Source: a virus (Duplodnaviria > Caudoviricetes). Taken from it: a DNA stretch of 52,857 bases. The notes under the pieces are model-generated. The model worked only from the letters and a program-made list of their open reading frames with translations. It was not told the DNA's origin and did no database searches. Below are positions 22,601-30,424 of this stretch, in pieces. The stretch spans positions 1 to 52,857 of the IMG/VR virus record IMGVR_UViG_3300020220_000072, one strand, 5' to 3'. Position 1 is the first letter of the stretch. Every line of letters starts with the position of its first letter. The translations under genes were made by a program, and so were the position numbers.

Positions 22601-24268
22601 ACAACTTCAGAAAGAGGATCTAATTTGGTTGGAATTGTCACGGTAACTAATGGTATTGTGAGTGGAGTTACAGTAACTGAAGGTGGTAAAAACTTTGTTA
22701 TTGGAGACGTTGTTGGAATTTCATCAATAGGTGATGGTAATGGATCTGGAGCAAGATTTTCTGTTGGAATTATTTCCGCATCAAATGCAATTGTTCTCAA
22801 AGACATTCAAGGTGAATTTAACATAGGAATTAATACAGTTAGTTTTACTGATCCTGATACTTTAGTGAGTTCTGCTGTCACCACAAATTGCTTAATACAG
22901 ACAATTGATTATAGCAGTAATTCTGACGGATTACATTTCAAGGTTAAGCATAGATCTCATGCAATGCATTCCTTTGCAAATTTAGTTGAAATTTCTGACA
23001 TTGATTCTGATGTTCCATCAACTAGAGTAACTCAAGAATACTCTATTAATTCTACAGAAAGTTTAAATGTAACTTCAACTTCAAATTTCACTACATTTGA
23101 AGGAATCGGAGTTGGTGCTACAAATCCAGGATACGTTTTTGTGGATGGTGAAATCATAAGTTATACTGGGACAACAGCAACATCTCTCACTGGAATTACT
23201 AGAGGAATTGATTCGTCTTCTAGAGCAACACACGAGGTAAATTCAACCGTCTTTAAATATCAATTTAGAGGTGTTTCTTTAAGAAGAATTAATAAAACTC
23301 ATAACATGACTTTTACTACTGTTCCAGATGCAATAGATCTTGATTTTTATCATGTAAAAGTTGACATGTCAACAAATGGAACTAATAGATCTTCTGGTGT
23401 TGGTTTTCCAAAACTTTACTTTACAAGAACTGGATCTGGTGGTGGAAATACTGTTTATGCATCTCAAAACATGCAGTTTGAAACCTTGACTCCCAATATT
23501 CAAACGATGCTTCCATCTGGAACAAATATTTCAGGAAGAGTTAGAACTATTAGTGCAACAAGTGTTGATGGAATTGAAGAATCATTTGTTGATCAAGGAT
23601 TTACAGAAATAAATCTCACATCACAAAATAATTTCCCAACACCAAGAATGATTGCATCAAGAGTAAATGAAGATTTTCACCTATCATCTCTTCCTGCAAA
23701 TAAATCAATAACTATGGAATTAATTATGACTTCTAATAATAGGAACATTTCTCCAGTTATAGACTTAGATCGAGTAAGTGTTATAACAACAACAAATAGA
23801 TTAAATGATCCAATAGTTGATTTCGCATCAAATGAATTGATTAGACTTAATGGACAAGATCCATGCATAGCTTCTTATGTTAGCAAAATTATAACTTTGG
23901 AAAATCCAGCATCGTCCCTAAAAGTATTACTTTCTGCAGTTTGTCCTGCAACAAGTGATATTAGAGTGATGTACAAAATTCAAAGAGTTGGATCTACAAC
24001 ACCATTTGATAATGAAATTTTTAGATTATTCCCAGGATATGACAATCTTAATTTTGAAGGAAACATTGAAAGAATTGAAAAATCTGATGGATTGCCAGAT
24101 TTACGTCCACGTTCTACTGGTTTACAGGGTGTGAGATATACTGATCATGCCTATAGTGCGAATCCACTTCCACCTTTTACAAAATTCCAAATTAAAATTG
24201 ACATGACTGGAACAAATCAAGCTGCTCCACCAAAGATTAAAGATCTTAGAACAATCGCATTGGCATAA
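16700..24268 (+). CDS. Giant virion structural protein, VrlC/DUF4815-like (2522 aa)
   Basis: MPQETNLNNSPYFDDF, VLFKPGLPVQSRELTTLQSILQNQ, APGADRLKI, RFKSGFFVDNF, DPLAQSF. Confidence 0.9.
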   Translation: MPQETNLNNSPYFDDFNRDNEYYRVLFKPGLPVQSRELTTLQSILQNQIEQFGKHFFKEGSKIIPGNLTYDNEFYAVQIEPTSSGIDVELYLNQLVGKQIQGLSSGVTATVRKVLSSADSERGTNTLYIQYRGSNSTNQSIREFSNAEQLVCTSLIRFGLRSIPANQPFATTISSNATSIASAMSVGDGVYFVRGTFVEVQKQTILLDQYSPNPSYRVGFDVVERIVTADEDPKLNDNAQGFSNYTAPGADRLKISLIFSKRSLESFEDKDFVEIARVEDGILQSFKKDTQYSLIRDELAKRTFDESGDYYIKPFDVFVKESLNDREGSRGVYLPSQKTDQGNTPSDNLLAVEISPGKAYVKGYDIEKIASSILDVPKARDTKQVKNLTVGINCGTDILLNNVYGSASIGIGTTAKVELLSNRMVGSSYHSTGIPIGEARVYDFNLNKVSYLNQATPFKISLFDIEVYTQLELNSNISLNESDFIEGNRSGASGFVVSATSNSKTVKLTSTVGEFYRNEQIKINGIINSRIILKAIDYNINDVKALRSSVGIVTFSADTSLSKEKSLNIQNSSTYFITKTGSNSGIITAPTRVFSGIVTSGDILSYRISGLKVPTFNVVTGISTDGDTINVSGVSTIANVCDGAVQAGTINNLVLSSPLIDEGDNSLTTPLPHNNIKDVDITSSQIQIRKRFDNLTISLSSFTTPSAGTDLLFQPFTIDRYFISYDDGTIENLTPDKFSISENKKTVTFKGLSKSTGKADLLATLLKNKIRLKEKTLQKASTLVLTRSQLTSSKNSVDGLTFNRIYGTRIQDQKISLNVCDAVELLGVFESDSNSNPDLPGCVLTSFTGPTANTSGVLIGEKIIGENSDAVAIIAEKPSLSSVGFVYLNNNVFSVGEKVTFENSGITALVSSCSKGDKNITNYYSLSTGIQPTFYDYSYITRKKDSPIPSRRLKIVFNHFIVEQSDNGDFFTASSYAESDRKYLALETVLPKKQDSLIDIRPRVSDYSLSSSFSPFDFDGRSFTSPGASISDPLSNDEYLILDYDYYLSRIDKVYIDKDGKFLHQKGSSGLNPSAPKSLDEALELATLEIPAYTYSASDVVVSKTPHKRYRMSDIAKLEDRISNIEYYTQLSLLETETANLKITDASGLDRFKSGFFVDNFRSHESHDLSHPDFEASIDKTNGELRPSHYTTAIDLLVGSESLIGIGSTANPDVDANFINDIDGSNIKKSGRILTLNYTEVPVVTQRYASRVENVNPFLIVFYQGTLELSPQSDVWIDQKRISALNPQLTKFYDDTIKELGVNPQTGFAPTEWGSWETYWSSTKVTNTREVPGSRLTSTSTFEWANDRGSGITRTEAIDLMKQSGILLPISNNTFIPWVGRRGETDIRTTTALIETTNTTTTKQSRDGIQTQVTPSIETVNLGDRIVSRDIIPYMRSRNIEFRISRLKPSTRFYVFFDGIDVTKYCTPKFIEISMRSGSSPFRIGEIVEAKLDIDGDKKLDLMTFRVAHPQHLEGRYNSPTDFVGDNPYNDGTSIGNVYTSTSNVLNVDIFSLSSQITEFNGYLVKGIKLRGKTSGAEATVRNLRLISDDVGDLYGSLFIPNPNLPGNPRWETGSKTIRFTTSPTNSKVGGIVQSSAEATFYSQGEQDTVQQTTLSVKLPIVEQIQRQDTRTITTTDKKVERDIVAQSSTTYYDPLAQSFAVDEATGIFVTSVDVYFRTKDTKLPVSLQIREMRGGTPTTTILPFSVVKMMPNKINVSENASVPTKFTFSSPVYLKGPNVEYAVVLVSPSDKYEAWISRMGEIDISTLNQPNRGQLVITQQPYLGSLFKSQNGSTWDPSQLEDLKLTIYKAQFDITPGIVRFYNPKLHKGNKQLIQLDNNPIQTLSRRAVVGLGTTFINGDLVPGVTVSQQGNTTAKGILVSTASAVATGSTSLIITNAGIGYTPSSGTETFNNISLVVVRNANEESTTSERGSNLVGIVTVTNGIVSGVTVTEGGKNFVIGDVVGISSIGDGNGSGARFSVGIISASNAIVLKDIQGEFNIGINTVSFTDPDTLVSSAVTTNCLIQTIDYSSNSDGLHFKVKHRSHAMHSFANLVEISDIDSDVPSTRVTQEYSINSTESLNVTSTSNFTTFEGIGVGATNPGYVFVDGEIISYTGTTATSLTGITRGIDSSSRATHEVNSTVFKYQFRGVSLRRINKTHNMTFTTVPDAIDLDFYHVKVDMSTNGTNRSSGVGFPKLYFTRTGSGGGNTVYASQNMQFETLTPNIQTMLPSGTNISGRVRTISATSVDGIEESFVDQGFTEINLTSQNNFPTPRMIASRVNEDFHLSSLPANKSITMELIMTSNNRNISPVIDLDRVSVITTTNRLNDPIVDFASNELIRLNGQDPCIASYVSKIITLENPASSLKVLLSAVCPATSDIRVMYKIQRVGSTTPFDNEIFRLFPGYDNLNFEGNIERIEKSDGLPDLRPRSTGLQGVRYTDHAYSANPLPPFTKFQIKIDMTGTNQAAPPKIKDLRTIALA

Positions 24269-24534
24269 TGAATAACTTTTATGATAGAGAATTGATTCCC
24301 GTCGAAGGGAAACTTGGAATGTTTAGAGATTCTGAAAATTGTGCCATTGTAAATACAAATAACATGGAATATAACGAATACATAAAAAGAAAAAATCTTC
24401 TTTCAAAAAAAGAAGAAATAGTAAAAAATACTTCTTTAGAGGTCAAAAACCTTAAAGATGATGTTGACGGTATAAAAAATGAATTGGGTGAAATTAAATC
24501 TTTGATTAAAGAATTAATTCAACAATCTAAATAA
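24268..24534 (+). CDS. Small hypothetical protein with coiled-coil C-terminus
   Basis: TAATG overlap with the upstream gene; usual position before gp13. Confidence 0.8.
   Translation: MNNFYDRELIPVEGKLGMFRDSENCAIVNTNNMEYNEYIKRKNLLSKKEEIVKNTSLEVKNLKDDVDGIKNELGEIKSLIKELIQQSK
24527..24533 (+). promoter_or_regulatory. Late promoter
   Basis: CTAAATA overlapping the upstream stop, 12 nt before the gp13 ATG. Confidence 0.65.
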
Positions 24535-24545
24535 TTTAAAAAACG

Positions 24546-25379
24546 ATGGCACAACCAAACAGTAGATCTGGTCTGATAGATTATGTAAAGAGGCAACTTG
24601 GTTATCCAGTTTTGGAAATCAATATTGCTGACGAACAGTTTGATGATTTGTTGGATGATGCCATTCAATTTTTCCAAGAAAGACACTTTGATGGTGTCGA
24701 ATTAATGTATTTAAAACATGTTCTCACTGAAGGAGACATTGTTAGGGGTAGAGGTTCTGGAAATGCTGGTATTACTACAACAACAGCAACATCAACAATT
24801 GTTGGCACTGCTACAACATTTTCCTTTCAAGAAAATTCCAATTACATTGAAGTTCCACCATCAGTAATAGGAATTAATAGAATTTTTAAAGTTGACACAA
24901 GTACAGTATCGGATGGATTATTCAATATTCGATATCAATTATTTTTAAATGATCTCTACTACTTTAGTTCAGTAGATTTATTGCATTATTCAATGGTTAA
25001 AACTTATCTATCAGACATTGAGTGGTTACTAACTCCTGAAAAACAAATAAGATTCAATAAAAGACAAGATAGATTATATATTGATACCGATTGGGAAAGA
25101 TTGAAAGCAGGGGATTACTTAGTCATTGAATGTTATAGAATTTTAGATCCTGCAGACTTTACTAGAGTTTATAATGATTCATTTTTAAAACGATATTTAA
25201 CTGCAACCGCAAAAAGACAATGGGGGCAAAATCTTATTAAGTTTAATAACGTTTCTCTTCCTGGAGGAATTACATTGAATGGAAGACAAATTTATGAGGA
25301 TGGACAAAGAGAACTTGATGCTCTTATGGAAAAAATGTCTTCTACCTATGAATTACCACCACTTGACATGATCGGATAA
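24546..25379 (+). CDS. gp13: Neck protein gp13
   Basis: RQLGYPVLEIN, KRQWGQNLIKF..LPGGITLNG, YELPPLDMIG. Confidence 0.96.
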   Translation: MAQPNSRSGLIDYVKRQLGYPVLEINIADEQFDDLLDDAIQFFQERHFDGVELMYLKHVLTEGDIVRGRGSGNAGITTTTATSTIVGTATTFSFQENSNYIEVPPSVIGINRIFKVDTSTVSDGLFNIRYQLFLNDLYYFSSVDLLHYSMVKTYLSDIEWLLTPEKQIRFNKRQDRLYIDTDWERLKAGDYLVIECYRILDPADFTRVYNDSFLKRYLTATAKRQWGQNLIKFNNVSLPGGITLNGRQIYEDGQRELDALMEKMSSTYELPPLDMIG

Positions 25380-25383
25380 TAAA

Positions 25384-26745
25384 ATGTTAAATCCATTTTT
25401 TACGCAGACTAGTCAAACAGAACAAGGTTTAGTTCAGGATCTGGTAAATGAACAGATTAAAATGTTTGGAATTGAGTGTCTTTACATTCCAAGAAAATTT
25501 ATTACTACAAAAACTATAATTGAAGAGGTTATTCAATCAAAATTTGAACAAGCATTTCCGATTGAAGCCTACGTAAATACTTTTGATGGATTTTCTGGTC
25601 AAGGAGATATTCTTTCCAAATTTGGATTAATGCAAAAAGATGAATTGGTATTAACAATCTCAAGAGAAAGATTTGAAATGGTTGTCGGTCCTTTTTTGGA
25701 TGAAAGCATTGACAAATATATTAGAGTTAGACCAAAAGAAGGTGACATAATTTATTTTCCACTATCTAAAAATTTCTTCGAAATAAAATTTGTAGAACAT
25801 GAAAAACCATTTTATCAATTAGGAAAACTTTACACTTATGAATTAAAATGCGAATTATTTGAATACGAGGATGAACTTATTGATACTGGAAATGAAGAAA
25901 TTGACACTGTAGTTAAAGATGAAGGATATGTTGCAAAACTAATTTTAACTGGAATTGGAAGCACTGCAACAGCATTCACTGGAATAGTAAATGGTGCAAT
26001 TCGTAATTTATTTGTTCAATATAGTGGTTATGGATATAGATCTTCACCAAATGTTTCAATCGGAACTGCTCCATCTGGAGGAATTAATGCGACAGCTATT
26101 GGAATAATTACTTCAAAATCATCTGGCATCAGCACATCCTCATCTATTCATAAAGCATTTTTAATCAATCCAGGTAGAGGATACGTTGGAATTCCAACAG
26201 TTACTGTTTCTGGAACTGGTATTATAACCGCAGGAATTTCAACACAAGGTTCAATTGGAATTGTTACAATTTCATCTGGAGGTAATAGTTACGTGACTGC
26301 ACCCACAGTAACTTTCTCGTCACCAAATGTTGGGTGGGGTATAACTGCAACCGGAGAAGCAGTTGTTAGTAGTGCAGGAACGATAAATCAAATTCGTATT
26401 CTTAATTCTGGACTGGGATATTCATCTGCTCCAACAATTACAATTGGTGCTGCTACTACTGTAGGAGTTGGAACGTTTATTATAAATGAAAAAATTATTG
26501 CTCAAACTTCTGGAGCAACTGCAAGAGTAAAATCTTGGACAAAATCATCAGGAATTTTAGAAATTGGGATTGTGAGCGATCATAAATTTAAACTTGGAGA
26601 ACTTATTAAAGGAGAAAAATCTGGTTCTTTATATTCTGTTAAACAAATTGTTTATGATAATGTAGAGGAAGATAACGACGATATTGAAACTGCAGCAGAT
26701 GAAATTTTAGATTTTTCCGAAAAAAATCCTTTTGGAACTTACTAA
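25384..26745 (+). CDS. gp14: Neck protein gp14 with inserted repeat domains
   Basis: MLNPFF, EQIKMFG, RPKEGDIIYFP, FVEHEKPFYQLGK, C-terminal ILDFSEKNPFG. Confidence 0.95.
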   Translation: MLNPFFTQTSQTEQGLVQDLVNEQIKMFGIECLYIPRKFITTKTIIEEVIQSKFEQAFPIEAYVNTFDGFSGQGDILSKFGLMQKDELVLTISRERFEMVVGPFLDESIDKYIRVRPKEGDIIYFPLSKNFFEIKFVEHEKPFYQLGKLYTYELKCELFEYEDELIDTGNEEIDTVVKDEGYVAKLILTGIGSTATAFTGIVNGAIRNLFVQYSGYGYRSSPNVSIGTAPSGGINATAIGIITSKSSGISTSSSIHKAFLINPGRGYVGIPTVTVSGTGIITAGISTQGSIGIVTISSGGNSYVTAPTVTFSSPNVGWGITATGEAVVSSAGTINQIRILNSGLGYSSAPTITIGAATTVGVGTFIINEKIIAQTSGATARVKSWTKSSGILEIGIVSDHKFKLGELIKGEKSGSLYSVKQIVYDNVEEDNDDIETAADEILDFSEKNPFGTY

Positions 26746-26748
26746 ATA
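26743..26748 (+). promoter_or_regulatory. Late promoter
   Basis: TAAATA overlapping the gp14 stop. Confidence 0.65.
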
Positions 26749-26765
26749 GATAAAAATGTTTTGAA

Positions 26766-27797
26766 ATGGATACTTATTTTTATCACCAAATTATAAGAAA
26801 AACCGTTATTGGATTCGGAACATTATTCAATGATATTGAAGTAAGACATCAAGATTCAAACAACGAAAGTTTTAGTATTATTAAAGTGCCTTTGTCTTAT
26901 GGACCTTCCCAAAAATATTTACAAAGAGCAAGACAAGAAGAACTCAATAAAAAGGTTGAAATTACTTTTCCAAGAATGTCATTTGAAATGGCAGGAATAT
27001 CTTATGATCCCTCAAGAAAAGCAAGCGTAACTCAATCATTTAAAGCGATTTTATCCTCAGATGGCAAGACCATGAGGAAAGTATACTTGCCAGTTCCATA
27101 TAACTTATCGTTTGAACTTAATGTTTTTTCAAAGTTAAACGATGATTCTTTACAAATTTTAGAACAAATATTACCATTTTTTCAACCGGCAATTAATGTA
27201 ACTATTGATTTAGTTTCCTCTATCGGTGAAAAAAAAGATGTTCCAATCGTATTAGAAAGTATTTCGCAAAGTGATGACTATGAAGGTGATTTCAACTCAA
27301 GAAGAATTCTTATTCACACTTTAAGATTTACTGCAAAAACTTATCTATTTGGTCCAGTTGCAGATACAACCGATGGTCTTATCAAGAAGGTTCAAGTTGA
27401 TTATTATACAAACACCAACATCAAAACAGCACAAAGAGCAGTAAGGTATACGGCAACTCCAAGAGCAATTAAAGATTATAATGATGATAATACAACTATT
27501 TTAAATGGGCAGATAAATGATGAGATTGGAAAAATTGTTGTGGCAGATGCATCAAATTTGACCACAAATACTATTATTAGAATAGATGAAGAAAACATGA
27601 GAATCATTTCTATTAATGAAAATGTTCTCACTGTAACTAGAGGATATGATAATACTACTAAGAAGGAACATGCACACGAATCTTCTATTGATGTTATAAA
27701 CTATTTGGATGATGCTCTAGTTCAACCAGAAGATGATTTTGGATTTAATGACGAAAAACTTTTTTTTGACATTGGTGGAAACTTTACTTCAATCTAA
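26766..27797 (+). CDS. gp15: Tail sheath stabilizer/terminator gp15 with an extra C-terminal domain
   Basis: YFYHQIIRKTVIGFGTLFN, KVPLSYGP, PRMSFEM, QILEQILPFFQP. Confidence 0.95.
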   Translation: MDTYFYHQIIRKTVIGFGTLFNDIEVRHQDSNNESFSIIKVPLSYGPSQKYLQRARQEELNKKVEITFPRMSFEMAGISYDPSRKASVTQSFKAILSSDGKTMRKVYLPVPYNLSFELNVFSKLNDDSLQILEQILPFFQPAINVTIDLVSSIGEKKDVPIVLESISQSDDYEGDFNSRRILIHTLRFTAKTYLFGPVADTTDGLIKKVQVDYYTNTNIKTAQRAVRYTATPRAIKDYNDDNTTILNGQINDEIGKIVVADASNLTTNTIIRIDEENMRIISINENVLTVTRGYDNTTKKEHAHESSIDVINYLDDALVQPEDDFGFNDEKLFFDIGGNFTSI

Positions 27798-27800
27798 ATT

Positions 27801-28241
27801 ATGTCAAAAAATAATTCAAAAAATTCAATGAATCCAATAGCAGAATCTTTAGAAATGGATTCTGTATCTTCTTCCATTGTTTCTAATAATTTGGAAGTAA
27901 TCCCAAAAAATTTATCATCTGCAGATTTAGATCAAATTGACAAAGACTACGAATATACTAGAGGAAATCTTTATTCTTTAGTTGAAAAGGGTCAAGAAGC
28001 AATAAATGGAATTTTAGAATTGGCTCATGAAAGTGATAGCCCAAGAGCATATGAAGTTGCTGGGCAGTTAATTAAAAATGTTGCAGATACTACAGATAAA
28101 TTAATTGATCTGCAAAAGAAAATGAAAGATTTGAAGGATACATCTCAAAAGGGTCCAACAAGTGTTACTAATGCGTTGTTTATTGGTTCAACCACAGAAC
28201 TTTCTAAAATTTTAAAGAATCAAGAGCAAAACCATAAATAA
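27801..28241 (+). CDS. gp16: Terminase small subunit gp16
   Basis: DYEYTRGNLYSLVEKGQEA, SPRAYEVAGQLIK, NALFIGSTTEL. Confidence 0.95.
   Translation: MSKNNSKNSMNPIAESLEMDSVSSSIVSNNLEVIPKNLSSADLDQIDKDYEYTRGNLYSLVEKGQEAINGILELAHESDSPRAYEVAGQLIKNVADTTDKLIDLQKKMKDLKDTSQKGPTSVTNALFIGSTTELSKILKNQEQNHK
28233..28240 (+). promoter_or_regulatory. Late promoter
   Basis: CATAAATA at the gp16 stop. Confidence 0.7.
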
Positions 28242-28255
28242 AATAAAAAAGAATA

Positions 28256-28588
28256 ATGGCAGCAGTAGTTAATTTAATTATTGAGAAGGGAACTGATTTT
28301 GAAGAATCATTTGATGTTACAAACCCCGATGGCACTGTAGTTCCCTTAACTGGATTTTCTGCAGTATCTAAGATTAAAAAATATCCAGAATCTTCAACTT
28401 CTACATCATTTTCTGTTGGTATAACATCGGAAACGGGAAAAATTGCTATTTCAATTGCCAATACAGTCACTGCAGCATTATCTCCAGGTAGATATTACTA
28501 TGATGTAATCATTATATCTCCAGAATCTAAAAAAACAAAAATAGTTGAAGGAATGGCTTTAGTAACATCTTCTCCATCAAACCAATGA
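28256..28588 (+). CDS. Small beta-rich virion protein (baseplate-upper-like domain)
   Basis: NLIIEKGTDF...T.AL.PGRYYYDV...IVEG pattern; follows a late promoter. Confidence 0.75.
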   Translation: MAAVVNLIIEKGTDFEESFDVTNPDGTVVPLTGFSAVSKIKKYPESSTSTSFSVGITSETGKIAISIANTVTAALSPGRYYYDVIIISPESKKTKIVEGMALVTSSPSNQ

Positions 28589-28911
28589 GTTATAAAGTAG
28601 TAACAACAGCAACCACAATTTATGCATCTAGAGCAGGTATCACCACATATTCTGATACTGCTGGAATTTCTACTAGTGTAATTGGTGGTATCGGATCCGT
28701 AACAAATTTCATAGTATCTGGGATAGCAACATTAGGAGTAACATCTACAACTCAATTTACATCAAAATCTATAAATGTTTCGGGTATTATAACTTCTACT
28801 GGTGGATTTATAAGTGTAGCAAATACAACCCCAGTCACAATTAAGATAGAAAACGGATTATTGGTTTTTTCTGCAGTTGGAATTGGATCTACAAGTTTTA
28901 CTCTTGCATAA
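28585..28911 (+). CDS. Short fibre-like Gly/Ser/Thr protein, possibly internally deleted
   Basis: ATGA overlap; AGITT/AGIST/SGIAT repeats; ends VGIGSTSFTLA. Confidence 0.65.
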   Translation: MSYKVVTTATTIYASRAGITTYSDTAGISTSVIGGIGSVTNFIVSGIATLGVTSTTQFTSKSINVSGIITSTGGFISVANTTPVTIKIENGLLVFSAVGIGSTSFTLA

Positions 28912-28912
28912 T

Positions 28913-28920
28913 AATAAATA
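28913..28920 (+). promoter_or_regulatory. Late promoter
   Basis: AATAAATA directly after the stop at 28911. Confidence 0.65.
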
Positions 28921-28939
28921 AACTTATTGCCAGAAGATC

Positions 28940-29176
28940 ATGCAAATGAAGAGGAATGTCGTAAGGTGGATGGAAAAAGATTGCGGTTGTGCCCATCAAA
29001 AGTGTAATAATACACCAAAGTCACCTTTCAGTGAAATGAATAATCCTCGCATTCCAAAAAAACCAGGACAACCAGATAAGTCTGATAAACACTCTAATCT
29101 CTGTACAGATGAAGATCCGAAGGGAACAATTCACGGATTGGGATTTAAGGATGTTGCAACTGCAAAACAAAAATGA
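28940..29176 (+). pseudogene. Truncated mosaic copy of modules from the 844-aa protein
   Basis: Last ~45 aa nearly identical to aa 41-86 of ORF 30424 (SDLY to SNLC changes), cut off mid-module. Confidence 0.6.
29032..29166 (+). repeat. Direct repeat, copy 1 (~135 bp)
   Basis: TGAAATGAATAATCCTCGCATTCC...GGATTTAAGGATGTTGC matches 30546-30680 with about ten substitutions. Confidence 0.95.
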
Positions 29177-29182
29177 TAAAAA

Positions 29183-30424
29183 ATGGACACAGAACTCAAA
29201 GAATTTTTCTCACTTATAGGTAAAGCCAAAAAAGAAAAAGAGGATGAGTTTAAGTCACTTGTTGGAGAAATTAATATTGATTCCCTTTTTACGCAAGTCA
29301 AAGAATCAGTAAAAGAGGAAAAAGAAAAGAAAAAGAAAAAAGAAAAAGAAATTCAAAAGCAAGTTAAAGCTTTAGAATCTTGGTTGTATGCTGAACCTCT
29401 AAAAATTAAAAAAGAAGAAATTATTAAAGAGATTTCAGTTAAACAAGTAGAGTTACTATCTGATCAAATTACTGAAGAAGAACAAATAATTGAAACAACA
29501 GAGCAAGAAATTTTGCAGGTAGAGGTAGATGTAAAAAAAGAAAGCACCGTAGATAATGCTCTTAAAATTTTGGAGCAAATAAAGTCAAAAGAAGAAGTGC
29601 AGGAAAATATAAAAGATCCAGAAATTGCGAGAATAAGAAAAGAACTTGAATATTTAAAAAATCTTATAAGCACTCAGGGAGGTGGTGGTGAGGTTCGACT
29701 TGAGTTTTTAGATGATATTGATAGAAGCACTGCAAAAACAAATGACTTTTATTTGAGATATAACTCATCTTTAGATAAGTGGGTTGGAGCTGCAGTAACA
29801 AGTAGTGGTGGAGGGGGAACACAAACTTTAGATCAAACACTTGGATATGGAAATACCTCAAATATTGGAATGTCTGTTGGTGTTGTCACGGCAACATCAT
29901 TTGTTGGACCTCTAACAGGTAATGCAACAGGTCTTTCAGGCACACCAAATATTAATGTTGGGTCAATTATTGCCTCCAGTGCGACAATCTCGGGCAATGT
30001 TTCTATAGGAGGAACTCTTATCTATGAAGATGTAACAAATGTAGACTCCATTGGAATTGTAACAGCTAGATCTGGTATTGAAATTGGAGCAGGTAGTGCT
30101 ATTTCGTTGGTTTCTTTGGAAGCTGCATCATCATCAACAACTACAACATCATCTACAAGTATTGATACTTTTGATATTACTAAATATCGCTCTGCTCAAT
30201 ATCAAATTCAAATAACAAGAGGATCACTTTATCATTTAACCACGTTAAATGTTTTACATGATGGAACAGATGTTTATATTAATGAATTTGGAACAATTAG
30301 AACTTCAGAGTCTTTAGCGTCTTTTGATGCTGATATTAATTCTGGGAATGTAAGAATTTTGGTTATTCCAACATCAAACACTTCAACAACTTTTAAAATG
30401 TCTAAAGTACTTACAAAAATCTAA
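29183..30424 (+). CDS. Virion-associated protein: charged N-terminus, GGGGEVRLEFLDD motif, fibre-like C-terminus
   Basis: 413-aa ORF; YEDVTNVDSIGIVTARSG and YRSAQYQIQI..HDGT motifs of cyanophage fibre proteins. Confidence 0.8.
   Translation: MDTELKEFFSLIGKAKKEKEDEFKSLVGEINIDSLFTQVKESVKEEKEKKKKKEKEIQKQVKALESWLYAEPLKIKKEEIIKEISVKQVELLSDQITEEEQIIETTEQEILQVEVDVKKESTVDNALKILEQIKSKEEVQENIKDPEIARIRKELEYLKNLISTQGGGGEVRLEFLDDIDRSTAKTNDFYLRYNSSLDKWVGAAVTSSGGGGTQTLDQTLGYGNTSNIGMSVGVVTATSFVGPLTGNATGLSGTPNINVGSIIASSATISGNVSIGGTLIYEDVTNVDSIGIVTARSGIEIGAGSAISLVSLEAASSSTTTTSSTSIDTFDITKYRSAQYQIQITRGSLYHLTTLNVLHDGTDVYINEFGTIRTSESLASFDADINSGNVRILVIPTSNTSTTFKMSKVLTKI

Noticed and set aside
15137-24546. Absence of recognisable gp9-gp12 and wac before gp13 (and of gp24 after gp23)
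   Set aside because: Normal gene order for T4-like cyanophages
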